DNA of 62,772 nucleotides, filler included. It is 5 parts of 5 records of this genome, joined end to end, with 100 filler letters (N's around TTAATTAATTAA, not from the genome) between each part and the next. Parts side by side here need not be neighbours in the genome. Positions count along the whole stretch, not along the records: positions 54,870 to 62,772 come from SRR20825010_749; 4 more parts are not named here. The stretch is one strand, 5' to 3'. The notes beneath the pieces are model-generated. The model had not been told where the DNA came from and did not search any database. It was given only the letters and a program-made list of their open reading frames with translations. Numbering within the stretch: the first letter of the stretch is position 1; every line of letters starts with the position of its first letter. Of this stretch, positions 59,388 to 62,772 are shown in pieces. The position numbers and the translations under genes were made by a program.

Positions 59388-62300
59388 ATCAAAATCAGGA
59401 AAAAACATTGGTTCATCATTAGTGGTGTGTTCTTAGTCGCGTTGCTAAGTGCTTGTTTTATCATCATCCGAAGCTACGGGTCTGAGATTTCAGGAGAGTT
59501 CCTGAAGGCCCAGATCGCACGCCAGACAAAAGGAAATTACACTGTTGATTTCACGGAAATACAGGTTTCACTGGTAAATAAGGAGGTGCGAATCAAGGAT
59601 CTCCACCTGATTAAAAAGAACCATGCTAATACAGACACAATTCGGGAGGCATATACCATTTTAATCCCCAAACTTGAAATCGGATTGGAGTCCATCTTAT
59701 CCATTTATTTTGGACGTGAATTGATTATCACAGGAATAAAAATTCACGATCCCCAGATTACCATTACAAAAACCGACGATTCGGGCAAAAGAACCAGTTT
59801 CTCCTTGGAAACCGGTTCCCTCTACAATTCCATATCAGAGTATTTGAGCCTGTTTAGTGTCAAAAACCTGAACATTGAGAATGCATCGGTTCGATATAAA
59901 AAATCGACTAAGAAAAAACCAATGGATCTGCGTGTGGGCGAAATTGATTTTTCAATCGCCAATTTCTTATTGGATAGTGCTGCATCGGACTCAAATAAGT
60001 TCTTTTATACAGATAAAATAGAACTTATTATTTCCAATCAACAGTTTGAGCTACCGGACAGTATTCACGCCATTTCTTTCGATGAATTCCACATTTCAAC
60101 CGGTACAGGCGATGTTCTTTTTAAGAACCTAAAACTACAGCCACTGGAGAGAATTAACACGAAGAATTTAAAAAGCTTTTATAGCATAGAAATTCCTGAA
60201 TTTAACTTCAGAGGTCTGGACTTCAGTAAGGCCTATAATGAGGATGAGCTGTCTTTGGATAGTATCCGGATTTTGAATCCAATAATTAACATTCAGAACA
60301 AAACGGATTCCAAAGGCAAAGGAAAAAATTTGAACCTACTGGAACTCAGCACAACACTTTTTGAAAAATTCGAAATTGGCAGACTCTATTTGGACAATGC
60401 TCAGGTGAATGTCACGATGAAGCAAGGTGAGCACCTCGCCAATTACCAATCGAGTGCTGTGAATGTGAAAATATCAAAAGTGCATATCGATTCTACGAAA
60501 ACAGCACCCAGTGAGTGGATGCACCTGTTTGAAAACATCGAGGTAGACGCAAACCGAATTTTCACCCAAGTAATGGATAGCACCCATCAAGTGATCGTGA
60601 GCAAGCTCAGTTACTCATCAACAGAAGGGCACATAAAACTGGATGGTTTAGAAATATTTCCTATTACTAAAATCGGTCCTGAAAGGCTTTCACTAAACCT
60701 GCACCTGCTGGAAATGTCAGGCACTCACCTACCCAGTATCGAAAACATAACGAAAGGAAATTTGGACATAGGGGGACTCGCTATTAGAAACACAGACATA
60801 GAGTTACGATTGCCGACTAGGAATAAATCCAATAGCGATTCAACTTCGCAAAACGAAATTTTCAAGTTCCTGAAAATCCGTGATTTCAAGTTCCAAAATG
60901 GGAATCTTGTTATCAAAAATAACGACACGAACTTAGACCTTAGCAACTTCACGGTTGGCTTGAGTCAACTCAATTTTAAACCTGCCGATTTAGATAATTT
61001 CCTTTTCACAACATTTACCAAAAAATCACATATCGCCATTGGTGCGATAAATCTGTCGAATGACAAACTGAAATTGAGTTTGAATAAACTGAGCCTGGAT
61101 AACTGGAAAACCGTCATGGCCTACGACCTGGTTGTTCATCCCGCCACATCGCCCGAGCCTTTTCAATTTACCAGAGTTCATGTTACCGAGTTCGATCTCG
61201 ATCATTTTCTACACAATGAAAAGCTGGCATTTGACACGTTAATCATTGACGAACCGGTTGTTCGATTGCATACCGGGAATCACAATGAAGAAAACAGATC
61301 CAAATTGATTCAATGGGCGCATCACACTGCCTTCAAAGAGGTGAAGATCCGAAATGGGCAACTCACCAGGTTTGAAAACGAAAAAGTACAGGTCCATCTG
61401 GAAAATTTCAATGCGGAGCTCTCCAAGTTCCATTTTGACTCCTTGAGAAACGAGTATTACACCCTTGTCGGTTATCGGTCCGATTCGATCTACGCGCACC
61501 TTGCCGAGATGGATCACATATTGACGGGTAAAGATTTGTCTATTTCCATTAAAGACTCCACGCTCCATGTCAAGCACCTCAATTTCAAGCCATTATCTAA
61601 AAAATCAGTGAATCAAATCAACGTTACGACGCACGAGTTGCACTTGCGTCAGATTGATTTTCATACATTGATAAACCAGCAACAGCTCCATTTTTACGAT
61701 GGCTATCTATTGAGTCCTAAGATGAACATTAGCCTGAATCAAAAGGAAAAGAAAAAGACCGATTTAGAAAAAGATCTGCTTCTGTTTAATTCTCTCAATG
61801 TATCGAACGGACAAATTCATTTTGAAAACAGGATCAAAGATAGCAGCATGGTGGTAGATGCAAATCATATCAATGTATTGATCAATGGCTTTGATTTAGG
61901 AAGAGATTCCACGATTTTTTCTGCCAAAAATTACCTGGCCGATATGCAAAACCTTGTTTTCAGAAATTTTGGACGGAGCGATTCCATCACGGTGAAACGC
62001 GCTTTCATCAACACCAAAATAGGTCATATCAAAATCGACAACCTCGCACTTCAGCCTTCCGAGCAAACCAAATTTTTCTTTCCCAAAATTGAAGTCATTG
62101 GATTGGATCCGGAAGTTTTAGCGCATCGCAAAATATTTAAATTAGACAGCTTAAAACTGAATAATCCGAAAGTTGTATTTGACTTAAATCGTCAAAAACG
62201 TCTCGATTCATTGAGCCATCCACCCAAGTTGCCTACGGCTCAAATCAAGAACCTATCGATTGCAAACGGGCAATTCACTCTGAAGAAAAAGGAATTAAAT

Positions 62301-62772
62301 TTTGGTCAGGCCATTGAGTTTGAAAACATTCTCCTATCCATTGATGAATTGGCTATAGACTCAACGCTAACACTGTTGTCGGCCCTGGACAATCTCAAAA
62401 ACACACAATTTTCGACGGATAATCTATTCATAGCAACTCCCGATAGTTTGTATACCCTTGGTGTATCCACATTTGAATATCTGGGGGCAAACAATGAAAT
62501 TGTATTGCATCATGCCAAACTAATCCCAAACTACAACCGTAGGGATTTCCAATTTCAGATTGATTATCAAAAGGATTGGCTAGACATGAATATCACTTCG
62601 ATCAGACTAAAAAATCTTGATTTCAAGAAACTCCTTACTGACGAATATATCGATCTGAATGAATTGGAAATTAATGGCCTGAATCTGGACACCCATCGTG
62701 ACAAGCGCTTGCCAATACCACCTGATAAAGAAAAAGGGCTTCCTCAAAAATTAATTAGTGATGTCCCTATCC
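59388..62772 (+). CDS. Large AsmA/DUF748-like beta-rich envelope protein, 3' truncated (not in ORF track)
   Basis: Manually read stop-free frame from 59361 to the window end (about 1128 codons from 59388). N-terminal basic patch + TM, repeated beta modules, RDKRLP...LPQ near the end. Confidence 0.85.
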   Translation, partial: MKIRKKHWFIISGVFLVALLSACFIIIRSYGSEISGEFLKAQIARQTKGNYTVDFTEIQVSLVNKEVRIKDLHLIKKNHANTDTIREAYTILIPKLEIGLESILSIYFGRELIITGIKIHDPQITITKTDDSGKRTSFSLETGSLYNSISEYLSLFSVKNLNIENASVRYKKSTKKKPMDLRVGEIDFSIANFLLDSAASDSNKFFYTDKIELIISNQQFELPDSIHAISFDEFHISTGTGDVLFKNLKLQPLERINTKNLKSFYSIEIPEFNFRGLDFSKAYNEDELSLDSIRILNPIINIQNKTDSKGKGKNLNLLELSTTLFEKFEIGRLYLDNAQVNVTMKQGEHLANYQSSAVNVKISKVHIDSTKTAPSEWMHLFENIEVDANRIFTQVMDSTHQVIVSKLSYSSTEGHIKLDGLEIFPITKIGPERLSLNLHLLEMSGTHLPSIENITKGNLDIGGLAIRNTDIELRLPTRNKSNSDSTSQNEIFKFLKIRDFKFQNGNLVIKNNDTNLDLSNFTVGLSQLNFKPADLDNFLFTTFTKKSHIAIGAINLSNDKLKLSLNKLSLDNWKTVMAYDLVVHPATSPEPFQFTRVHVTEFDLDHFLHNEKLAFDTLIIDEPVVRLHTGNHNEENRSKLIQWAHHTAFKEVKIRNGQLTRFENEKVQVHLENFNAELSKFHFDSLRNEYYTLVGYRSDSIYAHLAEMDHILTGKDLSISIKDSTLHVKHLNFKPLSKKSVNQINVTTHELHLRQIDFHTLINQQQLHFYDGYLLSPKMNISLNQKEKKKTDLEKDLLLFNSLNVSNGQIHFENRIKDSSMVVDANHINVLINGFDLGRDSTIFSAKNYLADMQNLVFRNFGRSDSITVKRAFINTKIGHIKIDNLALQPSEQTKFFFPKIEVIGLDPEVLAHRKIFKLDSLKLNNPKVVFDLNRQKRLDSLSHPPKLPTAQIKNLSIANGQFTLKKKELNFGQAIEFENILLSIDELAIDSTLTLLSALDNLKNTQFSTDNLFIATPDSLYTLGVSTFEYLGANNEIVLHHAKLIPNYNRRDFQFQIDYQKDWLDMNITSIRLKNLDFKKLLTDEYIDLNELEINGLNLDTHRDKRLPIPPDKEKGLPQKLISDVPI

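Overview
The window is not one locus. It is five unrelated contigs joined by identical artificial 100-nt spacers (44 N + TTAATTAATTAA + 44 N). (1) 1-18474: high-GC alphaproteobacterium (Rhodospirillales-like) with metabolic genes, mscS, a LonC-like protease, ltnD and a Cle-like CheY paired with a His-less Hpt protein. (2) 18575-26156: betaproteobacterium (Limnobacter-like) with a DUF748 protein, LysR, TauE and a hybrid kinase. (3) 26257-40610: AT-rich Flavobacteriaceae housekeeping block (guaA, pyrG, yidC, mnmA, T9SS cargo). (4) 40711-54769: betaproteobacterium (Limnobacter-like) with a tRNA-Glu fragment, RND efflux operon, fadL, a PcfJ-like gene, mog, yjgA and pmbA. (5) 54870-62772: Cytophagales-like, with a sugar transferase, a penicillin-acylase family gene, an XRE HTH gene and a large AsmA-like ORF that the ORF track misses. 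No CRISPR array, integrase, transposase or recognisable defence system is visible. The best leads are: a phosphorylation-dead Cle/Hpt pair; a promoter-operator-terminator cassette that would make a ~100-nt RNA upstream of the XRE repressor; a strong LexA box in front of a DUF3717 gene next to a PcfJ-like gene; an SDR without its catalytic Tyr next to ltnD; and an AsmA-like giant with no canonical start at its natural N-terminus. Family and taxon calls come from motif recognition, not database searches.
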